This document shows positions 26,454-35,728 of a stretch of 64,000 bases of DNA, in pieces (positions within the stretch are counted from its first letter, which is position 1; every line of letters begins with the position of its first letter). Below the pieces are notes generated by a model. It saw only the letters and a list, made by a program, of their open reading frames with translations. It was not told the origin of the DNA and searched no databases. The position numbers and the translations under genes are program-made. This stretch comes from Minisyncoccota bacterium. GTDB taxonomy: Bacteria > Patescibacteriota > Minisyncoccia > Phycocordibacterales > Phycocordibacteraceae. The stretch is from contig DASWXP010000002.1 in NCBI GenBank assembly GCA_036405415.1, forward strand, positions 492,450 through 556,449, read 5' to 3'.

Positions 26454-27247
26454 TGCGATACTTCGACGCGCACTGTCACGTTCAGTTCGATCCGTACGAC
26501 GAAGACCGCGTAGCGGTGCTCAACCGGATGATCGAACAGGAAGTAGGCGGCATGGTCGTGGGCGTGGACCTCGATTCATCCGTTAAAGCGCTTCGCTTGG
26601 TGGAGACGCTTCCGAATTTCTATGCGGCTGCGGGACTGCATCCGAACTACGTTCAGGATGAGCGGTTCGATGTAGATTCGTTCCGTGCCTTGCTGCGCCA
26701 CCCGAAGATGGTAGCGGTAGGGGAATGCGGACTCGATAACTTCCGTCCCGAGGACGTCGCGGTCGCAAAAGTCGAGCAGAAGAAGATGTTCGAGCAGCAC
26801 GTCGAGCTCGCGATCGAAGCTGACAAGCCGATGATGATCCATTCGCGTCCGACCAAGGGAACCCAGGATTCCTACCACGACATGATCGACATCCTCCGCT
26901 CCCATAAGCAGGAGCACGGAGACCGGCTCAGGGGGGACATTCATTTCTTTGTGGGCGGCCTCGAGGAGGCGAAAGATTTCATCGATCTCGGGTTCACGCT
27001 TTCGTTCACGGCGGTCCTTACGTTCGCACGTGACTATGACGAGGTTGTGCGGTACCTCCCGCTCTCGAGCATCATTACGGAGACCGATGCGCCGTATATC
27101 GCTCCTGCGCGCATCCGCGGGAAGCGGAACGAGCCGACGTCGGTTATCGATGTGGTGGAGGCTATTGCGGGAATCCGCGGGGAAGATCAGGAGCTAGTCC
27201 GCGAATCAGTCCTTTCGAACGCAAAGAGCCTCTTCAAGCTTCCCTAA
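26453..27247 (+). CDS. tatD: TatD-family metal-dependent DNase/hydrolase
   Basis: Opening MRYFDAHCHVQF and the HSR/ETDAPY motifs. Confidence 0.8.
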   Translation: MRYFDAHCHVQFDPYDEDRVAVLNRMIEQEVGGMVVGVDLDSSVKALRLVETLPNFYAAAGLHPNYVQDERFDVDSFRALLRHPKMVAVGECGLDNFRPEDVAVAKVEQKKMFEQHVELAIEADKPMMIHSRPTKGTQDSYHDMIDILRSHKQEHGDRLRGDIHFFVGGLEEAKDFIDLGFTLSFTAVLTFARDYDEVVRYLPLSSIITETDAPYIAPARIRGKRNEPTSVIDVVEAIAGIRGEDQELVRESVLSNAKSLFKLP

Positions 27248-27303
27248 GGTCAAAAACCGGCTTCATTGCTAGGTTTTGTCTTGCGTGGTACAGTCACGGA
27301 GTC

Positions 27304-27798
27304 ATGAATAACGACATCGAACACGGTGTAGGCAGCACCGAGCTTGAGCTCGCCGCAGGTCATAACGAGACCCGCGTCTACGAGCTTGGCTTCCATATCG
27401 ATCCTGAATTGCCGCAGGAAGAGGTGAAGAAGACGTACCAGGCGCTTCGCGAGAAGGCAGGGACGATCGTCGCTGAGGGGGAACCGATCAAGATCCCGCT
27501 CGCGTATACCATCTCTATTAAGGTCCAGGGCGGCGGACGCCGCGACTTTGATAGCGCCCACTTTGCATGGTTCGCCTACGAGGCGGACACAGCAGGGCAT
27601 GAGGCAGTCCTCGAGGCTGTCCAGAGCGAAGGCCGGGTTATCCGCTTCATCGATCTTCGCACCGAGCGCGACGCGGCAACCCATGCCGCAGAGATGCACG
27701 AGATGTACGCGAAGCTCGCGCAGGAGCGTCCAGCGCCGGAGGAGCAGGAGGTCTCTGACACCGAGCTCGACGCAGCGCTCAAGGAGGCGGGCGCTTAA
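27304..27798 (+). CDS. rpsF: 30S ribosomal protein S6 (with N- and C-terminal extensions)
   Basis: Core RVYELGFHIDPEL...LAYTI...YEAD matches S6. Conserved rpsF-ssb-rpsR order. Confidence 0.6.
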   Translation: MNNDIEHGVGSTELELAAGHNETRVYELGFHIDPELPQEEVKKTYQALREKAGTIVAEGEPIKIPLAYTISIKVQGGGRRDFDSAHFAWFAYEADTAGHEAVLEAVQSEGRVIRFIDLRTERDAATHAAEMHEMYAKLAQERPAPEEQEVSDTELDAALKEAGA

Positions 27799-27816
27799 GG
27801 GGTATACTGAAGGAGT

Positions 27817-28278
27817 ATGTATCTCAACAAAGTCCTTCTTTACGGAAACCTCACCCGCGACCCGGAGCTTAAGGCGCTCCCATCGGGTCAGCAGGTAGCG
27901 AGCTTCGGGCTCGCAACCAACCGCTCATTCAAGAACCGCGAAGGCCAGCAGCAGGAGCAGACGGAGTTCCACAACATCGTCGCGTTCGGCCGCACCGCAG
28001 AAGTGATGGGGCAGTACCTGAAGAAGGGCCGTCCGATCTACATCGAGGGTCGCATCCAGACCCGCTCATGGGATAAGGACGGAGCGAAGCAGTACCGCAC
28101 CGAGATTATCGTCGATTCCTTCCAGTTCGGCGCCCAGGGCGGGGGAGACGGTTCCCGTGGCGGCTATCAGGCAGCAGCACCGGCTGCAGCAAGCGCCGCA
28201 CCTGCAGCTCCGGCCGATATGGGCGCGGACATCCAGTACCCGGACGAGGAAATTAATCCTGAAGACATTCCGTTCTAA
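27817..28278 (+). CDS. ssb: single-stranded DNA-binding protein
   Basis: OB-fold LNKVLLYGNLTRDPELKALPSGQQVASFGLATNRSF...EFHNIVAFGRTAEV, Gly/Ala-rich linker, acidic DIPF tail. Confidence 0.85.
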   Translation: MYLNKVLLYGNLTRDPELKALPSGQQVASFGLATNRSFKNREGQQQEQTEFHNIVAFGRTAEVMGQYLKKGRPIYIEGRIQTRSWDKDGAKQYRTEIIVDSFQFGAQGGGDGSRGGYQAAAPAAASAAPAAPADMGADIQYPDEEINPEDIPF

Positions 28279-28301
28279 TTACCAGCCAAACTAAGAAATC
28301 C

Positions 28302-28502
28302 ATGGCACATCAGACCGAAGAGATCAGCGCCAAGAAGTTCGTGGACTACAAGGACGTACAGTACCTCCGTCAGTTCATGAGCCCGCACGCAAAGATCATG
28401 GCCAAGAAGCGCACCGGCGTCGAGGCAAGCCGCCAGCGCGCCGTAGCGCTCGCGGTAAAGCGCGCACGCTACATGGCGCTCCTCCCGTATCTCGCCGCGT
28501 AA
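28302..28502 (+). CDS. rpsR: 30S ribosomal protein S18
   Basis: FVDYKDVQYLRQFMSPHAKIMAKKRTGVEASRQRAVALAVKRARYMALLPY is canonical S18. Confidence 0.85.
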   Translation: MAHQTEEISAKKFVDYKDVQYLRQFMSPHAKIMAKKRTGVEASRQRAVALAVKRARYMALLPYLAA

Positions 28503-28516
28503 GCAGAGAGAACCGA

Positions 28517-28544
28517 AACAAGGCCCGCATCTGCGGGCCTTGTT
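28517..28544 (+). terminator. intrinsic terminator after rpsR
   Basis: aaacaaggcccgc-atc-tgcgggccttgtt. Confidence 0.6.
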
Positions 28545-28592
28545 CGTATCCAAGGGTCGTGCTTTCCTTGTTAAGGAGCAAGGGAGGAAATC

Positions 28593-28763
28593 ATGGCTCG
28601 GAGGAGACTTGATCTGCAGAAGATCGGATTCGTCGCGGTCGCCACACTCGCGGCCCTCTGTATCGCAGCTGCGATTACGGTGCGAGAAAACACAGCCCGT
28701 CCGTCAATGACAGTGCAGGAGTTTGCGAGGGCCCAGGCCGCTTTGCGGTTCGCTGGTCACTAA
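28593..28763 (+). CDS. 56-aa small membrane protein (speculative)
   Basis: ATG with GGAGG 6 nt upstream, one TM helix (IGFVAVATLAALCIAAAITV). Below the ORF-track cutoff. Confidence 0.2.
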   Translation: MARRRLDLQKIGFVAVATLAALCIAAAITVRENTARPSMTVQEFARAQAALRFAGH

Positions 28764-28849
28764 GCACTGAAGATTCGCCTAAAAGGGCGGATCTTTTGCT
28801 ACATTTTTGCAAAAATGAAGAACTCATGGTTATATGAAGAGGCGACGCA

Positions 28850-29059
28850 ATGGGGCGTCGCAATTCCGTTCTAGGGGTACTTATGTTCCGTAATAACAAA
28901 TCGTTCGACAAGAAATGCCAGCGCATGATTCTGGTCGGTGCGGCGGTGTTAATCGCCGCCAGCGTTTCGGCCGGAGGCGTTGCCGCCTTCGACTGGATGC
29001 TCGAGCTCGGTCAGGAAGAAAGCGCCCCCATCGCTTCTTCGAACGAACTGGCTCCTTAA
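28850..29059 (+). CDS. 69-aa small membrane protein (hypothetical)
   Basis: Preceded by an AT-rich promoter-like stretch and a GAGG SD, one TM helix (MILVGAAVLIAASVSAGGVAAF), followed by a bidirectional terminator. Confidence 0.3.
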   Translation: MGRRNSVLGVLMFRNNKSFDKKCQRMILVGAAVLIAASVSAGGVAAFDWMLELGQEESAPIASSNELAP

Positions 29060-29083
29060 ATGTGAGCCACTACGCAGAATGCG

Positions 29084-29113
29084 TGAAGGCCCCCACCGGG
29101 GGCCTTCTTTTAT
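29084..29113. terminator. bidirectional terminator (small ORF / efp)
   Basis: gaaggccccc-accg-ggggccttc plus ttttatt. Confidence 0.6.
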
Positions 29114-29115
29114 TA

Positions 29116-29691
29116 CTATGCCTTCTCGGCGCGTTCGGTATACTCTCCTGTTTCCGTATTGATTCGGATCACATCGCCTTCGTTGATGAAGAGGGGGGTG
29201 GAGACGGTAGCGCCGGACTCAAGCTTCACCTGCTTCGAGCCTCCGGTGGCGGTGTCTCCCTTAACCGCAGGCGGCGCCTCTACGACCTTCAGGTCCATCT
29301 TGATCGGAATGTCGATGGTCATCGGATTCTCCTTGTAGAGGAGTACCTCTACCGGCGAGTTCTGGATGAGCCAGCGTACCTTGTCATGGACCGCATCCTC
29401 AGGGAAGGAGAAGCGGTTCTTCGGGTTGCCTGCTTCTGCGAACCAGGACTCGCCACGGTTCGTGTAGAGGTAGGTCGCCTGCATCTTGCTGATATCAGCC
29501 TCAGGAACCGTCTCGCTCTGATGGAAGGAGATCTCAAGCACCTTCCCTGAGACGAGGTGGCGGAGCTTCGTCTGGTTCACCGGCTTTCGCTGCTGCATGC
29601 GGAACACATGCGAGGAGAGGACCTCGTACGGGTCGCCGTTGTATTCGATGACCTTCTTCTGGACGATCTCGTTGTACGAAAGGATAGCCAT
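29116..29691 (-). CDS. efp: elongation factor P
   Basis: 191 aa with the KPGKGQA-loop region (SGKVLEISF...), three OB-like domains, full-length EF-P. Confidence 0.9.
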   Translation of the reverse strand: MAILSYNEIVQKKVIEYNGDPYEVLSSHVFRMQQRKPVNQTKLRHLVSGKVLEISFHQSETVPEADISKMQATYLYTNRGESWFAEAGNPKNRFSFPEDAVHDKVRWLIQNSPVEVLLYKENPMTIDIPIKMDLKVVEAPPAVKGDTATGGSKQVKLESGATVSTPLFINEGDVIRINTETGEYTERAEKA

Positions 29692-29751
29692 AATGTAACG
29701 ATTGGGGCGCTGGCAGCGTTATAAAAAATGCCGGCCTCCCGGATAGGGGGT

Positions 29752-30336
29752 ATGATACAGGACACCATGGCGGAAGCAACCACGATGTCCGATGAGGATC
29801 TCCTGAGGGCGTGTCGGCGGGATCCGAGCCTGTTCTCTGAGCTCGTGGACCGGTACGAGGCCCCGTTCCTCAGGAAGGCCCGGAGCATCCTCAGGAGCCC
29901 TGAGGATGCCGAGGAGGTGGTTCAGGACGCATTCACGAGGATATACCTCTATGCGGATCGCTACGAGAAGCAGGAGGGCGCCACGTTCTCGTCCTGGGGC
30001 TATGCCATCCTCACGCGCCTTGCGTTCACGAGGTACCAAAAGCTCAAGAAGCACTCGGCCCGCACCCTCTCGCTTGAGCCTGAAGAATACGAGCGGATGC
30101 CAGAAGAGGGAACCTTCGTAGAGGAGCTTTCGCTCAAGAACGAAGTCCTCATGGCGCTCACGAAGCTTCCTGAGTCCGCTTCCCGGGTGCTGAGGCTTCA
30201 GTTCCTTGAAGGGAAGACCCAGGAGGAGATAGCTGAAGAGGAGGGAAGCACGGTATCTGCCGTGAAGACCCGAGTGCACAGGGCAAAGAAGCTTTTCAGG
30301 ACCGCTTTAGAAAAAAACGAAACCCCTTATGCCTGA
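29752..30336 (+). CDS. ECF-type RNA polymerase sigma-70 family factor
   Basis: Region 2 (EEVVQDAFTRIYLYADRYEK...FSSWGYAILTRLAF) and region 4 HTH (QEEIAEEEGSTVSAVKTRVHRAKKLF). Start ambiguous (29728/29752/29767). Confidence 0.7.
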   Translation: MIQDTMAEATTMSDEDLLRACRRDPSLFSELVDRYEAPFLRKARSILRSPEDAEEVVQDAFTRIYLYADRYEKQEGATFSSWGYAILTRLAFTRYQKLKKHSARTLSLEPEEYERMPEEGTFVEELSLKNEVLMALTKLPESASRVLRLQFLEGKTQEEIAEEEGSTVSAVKTRVHRAKKLFRTALEKNETPYA

Positions 30337-30649
30337 GTCTCTCATTTCACATACGGTTATGCGTCGCGTCCGCACGATTCACGCGATGCGACTTGTTGCT
30401 GCGCCGGTTGCGGCTGCGGCTGTGTTTCTTACTGCGCTCTGGGGCGTCGGCAGGGCAGTGTGGGTGGCGAAGGTATTCGAGAACATGCCTGCGCTCTCGG
30501 ATCTTCCCGCGGTATCCTCCTTCTACTTCCACGCGTTCCTTGGTACAGGCATTCTTGAGCAGGCACTTTTGCTCACCGCGACTGCTGCGCTCATTGCCTT
30601 CCTCACTTCCGTTATTCGGACTTCGGGGCAGGAGATGCGGTTTGCGTAA
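30329..30649 (+). CDS. putative membrane anti-sigma factor (2 TM helices)
   Basis: 106 aa, start overlaps the sigma-factor stop by 8 nt, two hydrophobic helices. Assignment by context only. Confidence 0.35.
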   Translation: MPESLISHTVMRRVRTIHAMRLVAAPVAAAAVFLTALWGVGRAVWVAKVFENMPALSDLPAVSSFYFHAFLGTGILEQALLLTATAALIAFLTSVIRTSGQEMRFA

Positions 30650-30650
30650 C

Positions 30651-30680
30651 AAAAAGGCCCGCACAAGCGGGCCTTTTCGT
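30651..30680. terminator. bidirectional terminator (anti-sigma / recA)
   Basis: aaaaaggcccgc-acaa-gcgggcctttt. Confidence 0.6.
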
Positions 30681-31744
30681 TAATCCTGGGCGAGCTTCTC
30701 GCGGATCTGCTTGAGGATCTCGTTCGCGATCGGCTTGTTCTCCCTGAGGAAGGTCCTGGTCGCGTCGTACCCACGGCCAAGCGTCTGCTCGTTGTACTTG
30801 TAGCTTGAGCCTGACTTCTGGAGGATGTCGTACTTCTCGCCGAGCGCGATGATCTCGCCCTCGCGGCTGATGCCCTCGTTATAAAGGAGATCGAATTCTG
30901 TGGTCTTGAACGGAGCTGCCACTTTGTTCTTCACTACCTTCACACGTACGCGGCCTCCCACGATCTCCTCGCCCTTCTTGATCTGGGCGATACGGCGGAT
31001 ATCAAGACGCACCGACGTGTAGAACTTGAGGGCCTTACCGCCGGTGGTGGTCTCCGGGTTGCCGAACATCACACCCAGCTGCATGCGGATCTGGTTGATG
31101 AAGATGATTATGGTGTTGGACTTCGCGGTGATAGCGGTGAGCTTACGGAGTGCCTGCGACATGAGGCGTGCCTGCTTACCCATCTGCGCCTGGCCCATAT
31201 CGCCCTCGATCTCGTCCTTCGGGGTGAGGGCAGCGACCGAGTCCACGACGATGACGTCGATGGAATTCGCGCGTACGAGAGACTCAACGATCTCGAGCGC
31301 CTGCTCGCCGGTGTCTGGCTGTGAGATGAGGAGCTCAGGAAGCTTCACGCCGATCTTGCGCGCGTATTCCGGATCGAGCGCGTGCTCCGCGTCGACGAAC
31401 GCGCAGATGCCGCCCTTCTTCTGCGCTTCCGCGATTACGTGGAGTGCGAGCGTGGTCTTGCCCGAGGATTCCGGGCCGAATATCTCAATGATGCGGCCGC
31501 GGGGGAGTCCGCCTATGCCGAGCGCGGCATCAAGGCCAAGAGAACCGGTCGGGATAGCAGGGATAGCAGCAGGCTTTCCGGTGCCGAACGCCATGATAGC
31601 CTCGTCGCCGAACTTCGTCTGGATCTCCTTGATCGCAAGGTCGATCGCACGCTGCTTCTGGTCCGCGCTGCCTGCGCCCTCCGGGAGGTCAGCCTCAGGG
31701 GCTGCTTTCTTCACGGTCTTCTTGGTGGTTTTCTTTGCAGGCAT
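30680..31744 (-). CDS. recA: recombinase RecA
   Basis: [35 protein letters not shown] (Walker A), L1/L2 loops, 354 aa with a Lys-rich N-terminal tail. Confidence 0.95.
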   Translation of the reverse strand: MPAKKTTKKTVKKAAPEADLPEGAGSADQKQRAIDLAIKEIQTKFGDEAIMAFGTGKPAAIPAIPTGSLGLDAALGIGGLPRGRIIEIFGPESSGKTTLALHVIAEAQKKGGICAFVDAEHALDPEYARKIGVKLPELLISQPDTGEQALEIVESLVRANSIDVIVVDSVAALTPKDEIEGDMGQAQMGKQARLMSQALRKLTAITAKSNTIIIFINQIRMQLGVMFGNPETTTGGKALKFYTSVRLDIRRIAQIKKGEEIVGGRVRVKVVKNKVAAPFKTTEFDLLYNEGISREGEIIALGEKYDILQKSGSSYKYNEQTLGRGYDATRTFLRENKPIANEILKQIREKLAQD

Positions 31745-31751
31745 ACAAGTG

Positions 31752-32078
31752 TTAGTTAACGAATACGGAACGGCGTTCAGTTATCTCGCGTCCGAACCGG
31801 TCTGTCGCGGTTAAGGATACTATAGCGCCCCCTGAAGGGAGGGTGAGTGCTGCTCTGAAGGAACCGCTCTCGTCCATGAGAAGCGGCGCGCCGTTGAGCC
31901 AGAGGGTCTCCGTGTGGTGCGCGGTGCCTTCGATAACGGCATGGCCGTCAGCGAGGGTCTCAAAGTCTCCGGGACTCACTATCGAGAGGGAGGGGCCTGA
32001 AAGGATAGGCCAGGCTGCGACGCCGGCGTACCCGACGAGGACCATGAGCACGAGTGCGGCTGCAAGGCGAAGCGACAT
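31752..32078 (-). CDS. hypothetical secreted protein
   Basis: 108 aa, signal peptide ([20 protein letters not shown]), between ftsK and recA on the same strand. Confidence 0.4.
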   Translation of the reverse strand: MSLRLAAALVLMVLVGYAGVAAWPILSGPSLSIVSPGDFETLADGHAVIEGTAHHTETLWLNGAPLLMDESGSFRAALTLPSGGAIVSLTATDRFGREITERRSVFVN

Positions 32079-32081
32079 AGG

Positions 32082-34241
32082 CTAGATATCCTCGTCCTCG
32101 TCGCTTCCGCTGCCTCCGCCCGAGCGGGAGAGGACTTCGCGCGGACGTGCACCATCTGCGGGGCCGATGACGCCCTTGTCCTCAAGAAGGTCCATGAGGC
32201 GCGCGGCGCGGGAGTAACCGATACGGAGCTTTCGCTGGAGGTATGACGTTGATGCGCGTCCTGCCTCCTCGACCGCTTCGCGGGCGGCTCCGAAGAGGTC
32301 GTCATCCACGTCATCGTCCTCGGCAGCCATCATGATGGCGTCGTTCGCCTCGTGGACGCCGGTGTTGTTTGTGTTTGCACCGAGATCGAGGGAGGACAAG
32401 GACCCTGCATTGTGCTGCTTGATGTGTGACACGACCTTCTTCACTTCCTGCTCGCTGATGTAGGCGGTCTGGAGGCGCACCGGCTTCTGCATGTCTGCAG
32501 ACTGGTACAGCATGTCTCCGGCGCCAAGGAGGAGCTCTGCGCCTGAGGCGTCGAGGATGGTGCGCGAGTCGATCTGGCTCGCTACCTGGAGCGCGAGGCG
32601 GGTAGGGACGTTCGCCTTGATGAGACCTGTGATGACATTCACGGAAGGGCGCTGGGTGGAAAGGATCAGGTGGATACCGACGGCGCGGGACATCTGCGCG
32701 AGGCGCACGATAGCGGCCTCGAGCTCTCTCGGGTAGGTCTGCATGATATCGGCGAGTTCGTCCACCACGATGGCGATGTACGGCATGGCTTCCGGAATCT
32801 CCGCGCTCTTGCGCTTCTTCGCAGGCTCGACCACGGTTGCGTGATAGGACTCGATGTCGCGTACCTGGCGCTCCTCGAGGATGCTGTAGCGGCGATCCAT
32901 CTCCTTAGCAGCCCACTTGAGGGCGAATATCGCCTTCTTCGGGTCCGTGATAACCGGGGTAAGCAGGTGGGGGATGCCGTTATAGAGGGTGAGCTCCACG
33001 CGCTTCGGGTCGATCATGATGAAGCGGAGCTGGTTCGGACCGTTCCTGTAGAGGAGGGAGGTGATGACCGCATGGATGGCTACGGACTTTCCGGAACCGG
33101 TAGCACCGGCAATGAGGCCGTGCGGCATCTTCGCTACATTCACGTAGTGGGGAACGCCGGCGATATCGCGACCGACCGCTGCTAGGAGCGGCTTCTTCGA
33201 TGCGCTCCATTCAGGAGCGCCGATGACGCCGCCGAGACCCACCATGGCTTTCGCGGCGTTCGGCACCTCGATGCCTACGAGCGACTTGCCCGGGATAGGA
33301 GCCTCGATACGGACCGGGTGCGCCGCGAGCGCGAGCTCGAGGTTGGTCTGGAGGCCTACGATCTTCTGGAGACGGACGCCCTCAGCAGGCTTGATGGCAT
33401 AGCGGGTGACGGTTGGGCCGACAGATACCTCGTCCATCTCGACCGAGATGCCGAAGTTCTGGAAGGTGCGCTTGATGATGTTCGCGTTGGCCTTGATGTC
33501 GCCTACGCCTGGCTTGCCCTTATCCTCGCCAAGGAGCGAGAGGGGAGGAGCCTCGTACTCTGCATCGAAATTCGGGATCGAGACTTCAGCGGCGCGGTCA
33601 TCGTTCCGATTGAACATCGTAACCACCGGCTCGCGCTCAGGAGCAGCTTCTTCGACTTCTTCCTCTGCCTCCTCTTCAGCTTCCGGCTCGTCTTCCTCCT
33701 CTTCGTCGCGCTTGGACTTCTTTTCAGGAAGCGAGACCTTCACCTGGCTGATTCGTCCGCTCATATCGTCTGCCGCGCTCTTAAGCAGCTTCAGGATGGC
33801 GACTATGTCGGTCGCGATGATGAGGCCGATAGCGACGACCGCAAGCAGAAGGATGATCGCGCCTGCGATGCCGAAGAGCTCGGCAGCGGCTCCGCCGAGC
33901 GCAGCTCCTGCCGCGCCTCCTCCGGCGTCGGTCACGATGCCGAGGAAGGTGAGGGTGGCGATGATGATGAGGACGACTCCAGTCGCGGTAAGCGGCGCGA
34001 TGAAGGTGCGCTCCATCATTATGGAGACACCGGTACCTATAAGAAGGACCGGGAGGAGGAAGGCGGCGATGCCAATGACGCTGAACCCGAACCCGAAGAT
34101 GGCCGAGCCTGCGAGGCCTGCGAGGCCTACTGCAGCGAGCGCGAAGATAAGACCGAAGGCGATAAGCACGATGCCCGTCGTCCACTTCGCAAGCGCACGA
34201 TAACTCTCCGCCTCGCGACTCTTCTTACGCCTCTTTGCCAT
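32082..34241 (-). CDS. ftsK: DNA translocase FtsK/SpoIIIE
   Basis: About 4 N-terminal TM helices, acidic linker, motor domain with Walker A GATGSGKSVAIHAVITSLL, and a C-terminal gamma winged helix. Confidence 0.85.
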   Translation of the reverse strand: MAKRRKKSREAESYRALAKWTTGIVLIAFGLIFALAAVGLAGLAGSAIFGFGFSVIGIAAFLLPVLLIGTGVSIMMERTFIAPLTATGVVLIIIATLTFLGIVTDAGGGAAGAALGGAAAELFGIAGAIILLLAVVAIGLIIATDIVAILKLLKSAADDMSGRISQVKVSLPEKKSKRDEEEEDEPEAEEEAEEEVEEAAPEREPVVTMFNRNDDRAAEVSIPNFDAEYEAPPLSLLGEDKGKPGVGDIKANANIIKRTFQNFGISVEMDEVSVGPTVTRYAIKPAEGVRLQKIVGLQTNLELALAAHPVRIEAPIPGKSLVGIEVPNAAKAMVGLGGVIGAPEWSASKKPLLAAVGRDIAGVPHYVNVAKMPHGLIAGATGSGKSVAIHAVITSLLYRNGPNQLRFIMIDPKRVELTLYNGIPHLLTPVITDPKKAIFALKWAAKEMDRRYSILEERQVRDIESYHATVVEPAKKRKSAEIPEAMPYIAIVVDELADIMQTYPRELEAAIVRLAQMSRAVGIHLILSTQRPSVNVITGLIKANVPTRLALQVASQIDSRTILDASGAELLLGAGDMLYQSADMQKPVRLQTAYISEQEVKKVVSHIKQHNAGSLSSLDLGANTNNTGVHEANDAIMMAAEDDDVDDDLFGAAREAVEEAGRASTSYLQRKLRIGYSRAARLMDLLEDKGVIGPADGARPREVLSRSGGGSGSDEDEDI

Positions 34242-34360
34242 ATATAGAGCATTCTAGCACCGAGCATTCATGCGGCGCACACACATCTTTGCCCGGCATT
34301 GCGAAGGTTGCGGACACCATCCCAGAGTCCTATACTGTCCTTGACGACCTATAGGACTAC

Positions 34361-35173
34361 ATGAGTGATAAAGGACAGAACAAGGACCAGAACTCGCTCC
34401 GAGCATCCCGCAATGATGCTGATAATTCTGATTTTGTCCTAGAAAAAGTAATATTCTCAAACGTATTCGAAAAGGACATACGACGCGTATACCTATATAA
34501 GAAGGCAGAGCGGCTCGCCAAGGCGATCCATCTCATCGTCCCTGCATTCACCGACGCTCCATCATTCAAGGACCGTCTCGACCGGATCGCGGTGGGTCTC
34601 GTAGACGCTGCGGTGCTCCCTCCGGCCGCATCCCGCGAGGCGCTCTCGCGAGAGTTGCTCGCGCTCTCAAGCATGCTCGGTATCGCGCGCACTGGAGGAA
34701 AGCTCACCCCGATGAATGCAGACCTCATAGCTCGTGAAGCGCACCTTCTCCTTGCAGAAGTAGCAGGGTATGAGGAGCCGCGGCTCACCCTTGAAGAGGT
34801 CCCAACCCTCGCGTCTCTCGCCAAGGCGGCTGCAGCAAACGGAGAGTCTGCACGCCTGCGTTCCCTGGCTCGAGTCTCATACGATGCGGCCCTCGATACT
34901 CCCGAAGAGAGCGTGTCCGATAAAGGACAATCTAAAGGACACATAAAGGACACCACCATACCTAAGCCTAAGGCCGCTACCGCCGGTAGTCAGAGGAGGG
35001 AAGGGATCCTCTCTGTGCTTCGCACCAAGGGTCCTTCATATATAAAGGATATATCGCTCGTAGTGCGAGACGTTTCAGAGAAAACTATCCAGAGAGAGCT
35101 CTCTGTTCTCGTGTCTGAAGGGGTGGTGAAGCGCAAGGGCGATCGCCGGTGGACCACCTACGAGCTGGCCTAA
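34361..35173 (+). CDS. hypothetical protein with C-terminal winged-helix DNA-binding domain
   Basis: 270 aa. The C-terminal ~55 aa (GILSVLRTKGPSYIKDISLVVRDVSEKTIQRELSVLVSEGVVKRKG) looks like a DeoR/ArsR-type wHTH. N-terminal domain unknown. Confidence 0.45.
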   Translation: MSDKGQNKDQNSLRASRNDADNSDFVLEKVIFSNVFEKDIRRVYLYKKAERLAKAIHLIVPAFTDAPSFKDRLDRIAVGLVDAAVLPPAASREALSRELLALSSMLGIARTGGKLTPMNADLIAREAHLLLAEVAGYEEPRLTLEEVPTLASLAKAAAANGESARLRSLARVSYDAALDTPEESVSDKGQSKGHIKDTTIPKPKAATAGSQRREGILSVLRTKGPSYIKDISLVVRDVSEKTIQRELSVLVSEGVVKRKGDRRWTTYELA

Positions 35174-35174
35174 C

Positions 35175-35728
35175 GGACAGTTGACTGAGGCCGTAATCCG
35201 GCCTACTATTCGCCTCGTGGTAACCGCAAGGAACCAGGGGTAATACATGGCCGGAGACGGCCTGTTTTGCGTTTGTATCTCAAGCGGTTATCCACACAGG
35301 TTTTAAGCGATTCCTCAGGATCGGCTCTGTATACTCTTAGTACCAGCTCTGGATGATTCCAGGGCCGGATGCCGAAACGATTCTGGTGCGAATCCGAAAC
35401 GACTGAATCCTTGAAAAAGGAATAGGGAATGAAAGCCCTGCGACGTAAGAAGTCGCAGGCCTGAACGTCTTCATGAAAAGACGGTCAGTCTGGACGGATG
35501 ATTTTGATAGACACGGATGGACGAACGATACGAAACGAACTATGCCAACTAGCCGATGGGACGCACGTCGATAGTACGTCCTGTCGGGTAGTGTGAATCG
35601 TGCGTAATACTCCCTCCCTCCTCTCGGGGAAGGGAGGGAATTACCAAGAGAGAAAAAGCATGTGTGCGAGACGATCTTTATTAACCGGACCGCATGCATG
35701 TCTCACAACTTAGAAAACGCAATCAATC
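35175..35728. other. structured non-coding region, roughly 550 nt, lower GC (candidate ncRNA or long 5' leader)
   Basis: No credible ORF and GC about 50% versus over 60% in flanking genes. Multiple perfect hairpins (ggccggagacggcc, cctgcgac-gtaagaa-gtcgcagg, cgtcttcatgaaaagacg, tccctccc...gggaggga) and a repeated CGAAACGA motif. Confidence 0.3.

Noticed and set aside
35337-35699. 120-aa minus-strand ORF and 35662-35871 plus-strand ORF
   Set aside because: Both lie inside the hairpin-rich non-coding region. Their translations are Cys/His/Arg-rich nonsense, and the second overlaps the true start of the surface-protein gene.
35175-35728. tmRNA (ssrA) or TPP-riboswitch identity for the structured non-coding region
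   Set aside because: No tRNA-like T-arm (GGUUCGA) or GGGG...CCA acceptor pairing on either strand, and the candidate tag frame ends ...ETNYAN rather than a hydrophobic ...AA tail. The minus strand shows only a loose resemblance to the TPP core, with no GGGGUGC or GCGUAGGGA elements and the wrong orientation. Left as unassigned.
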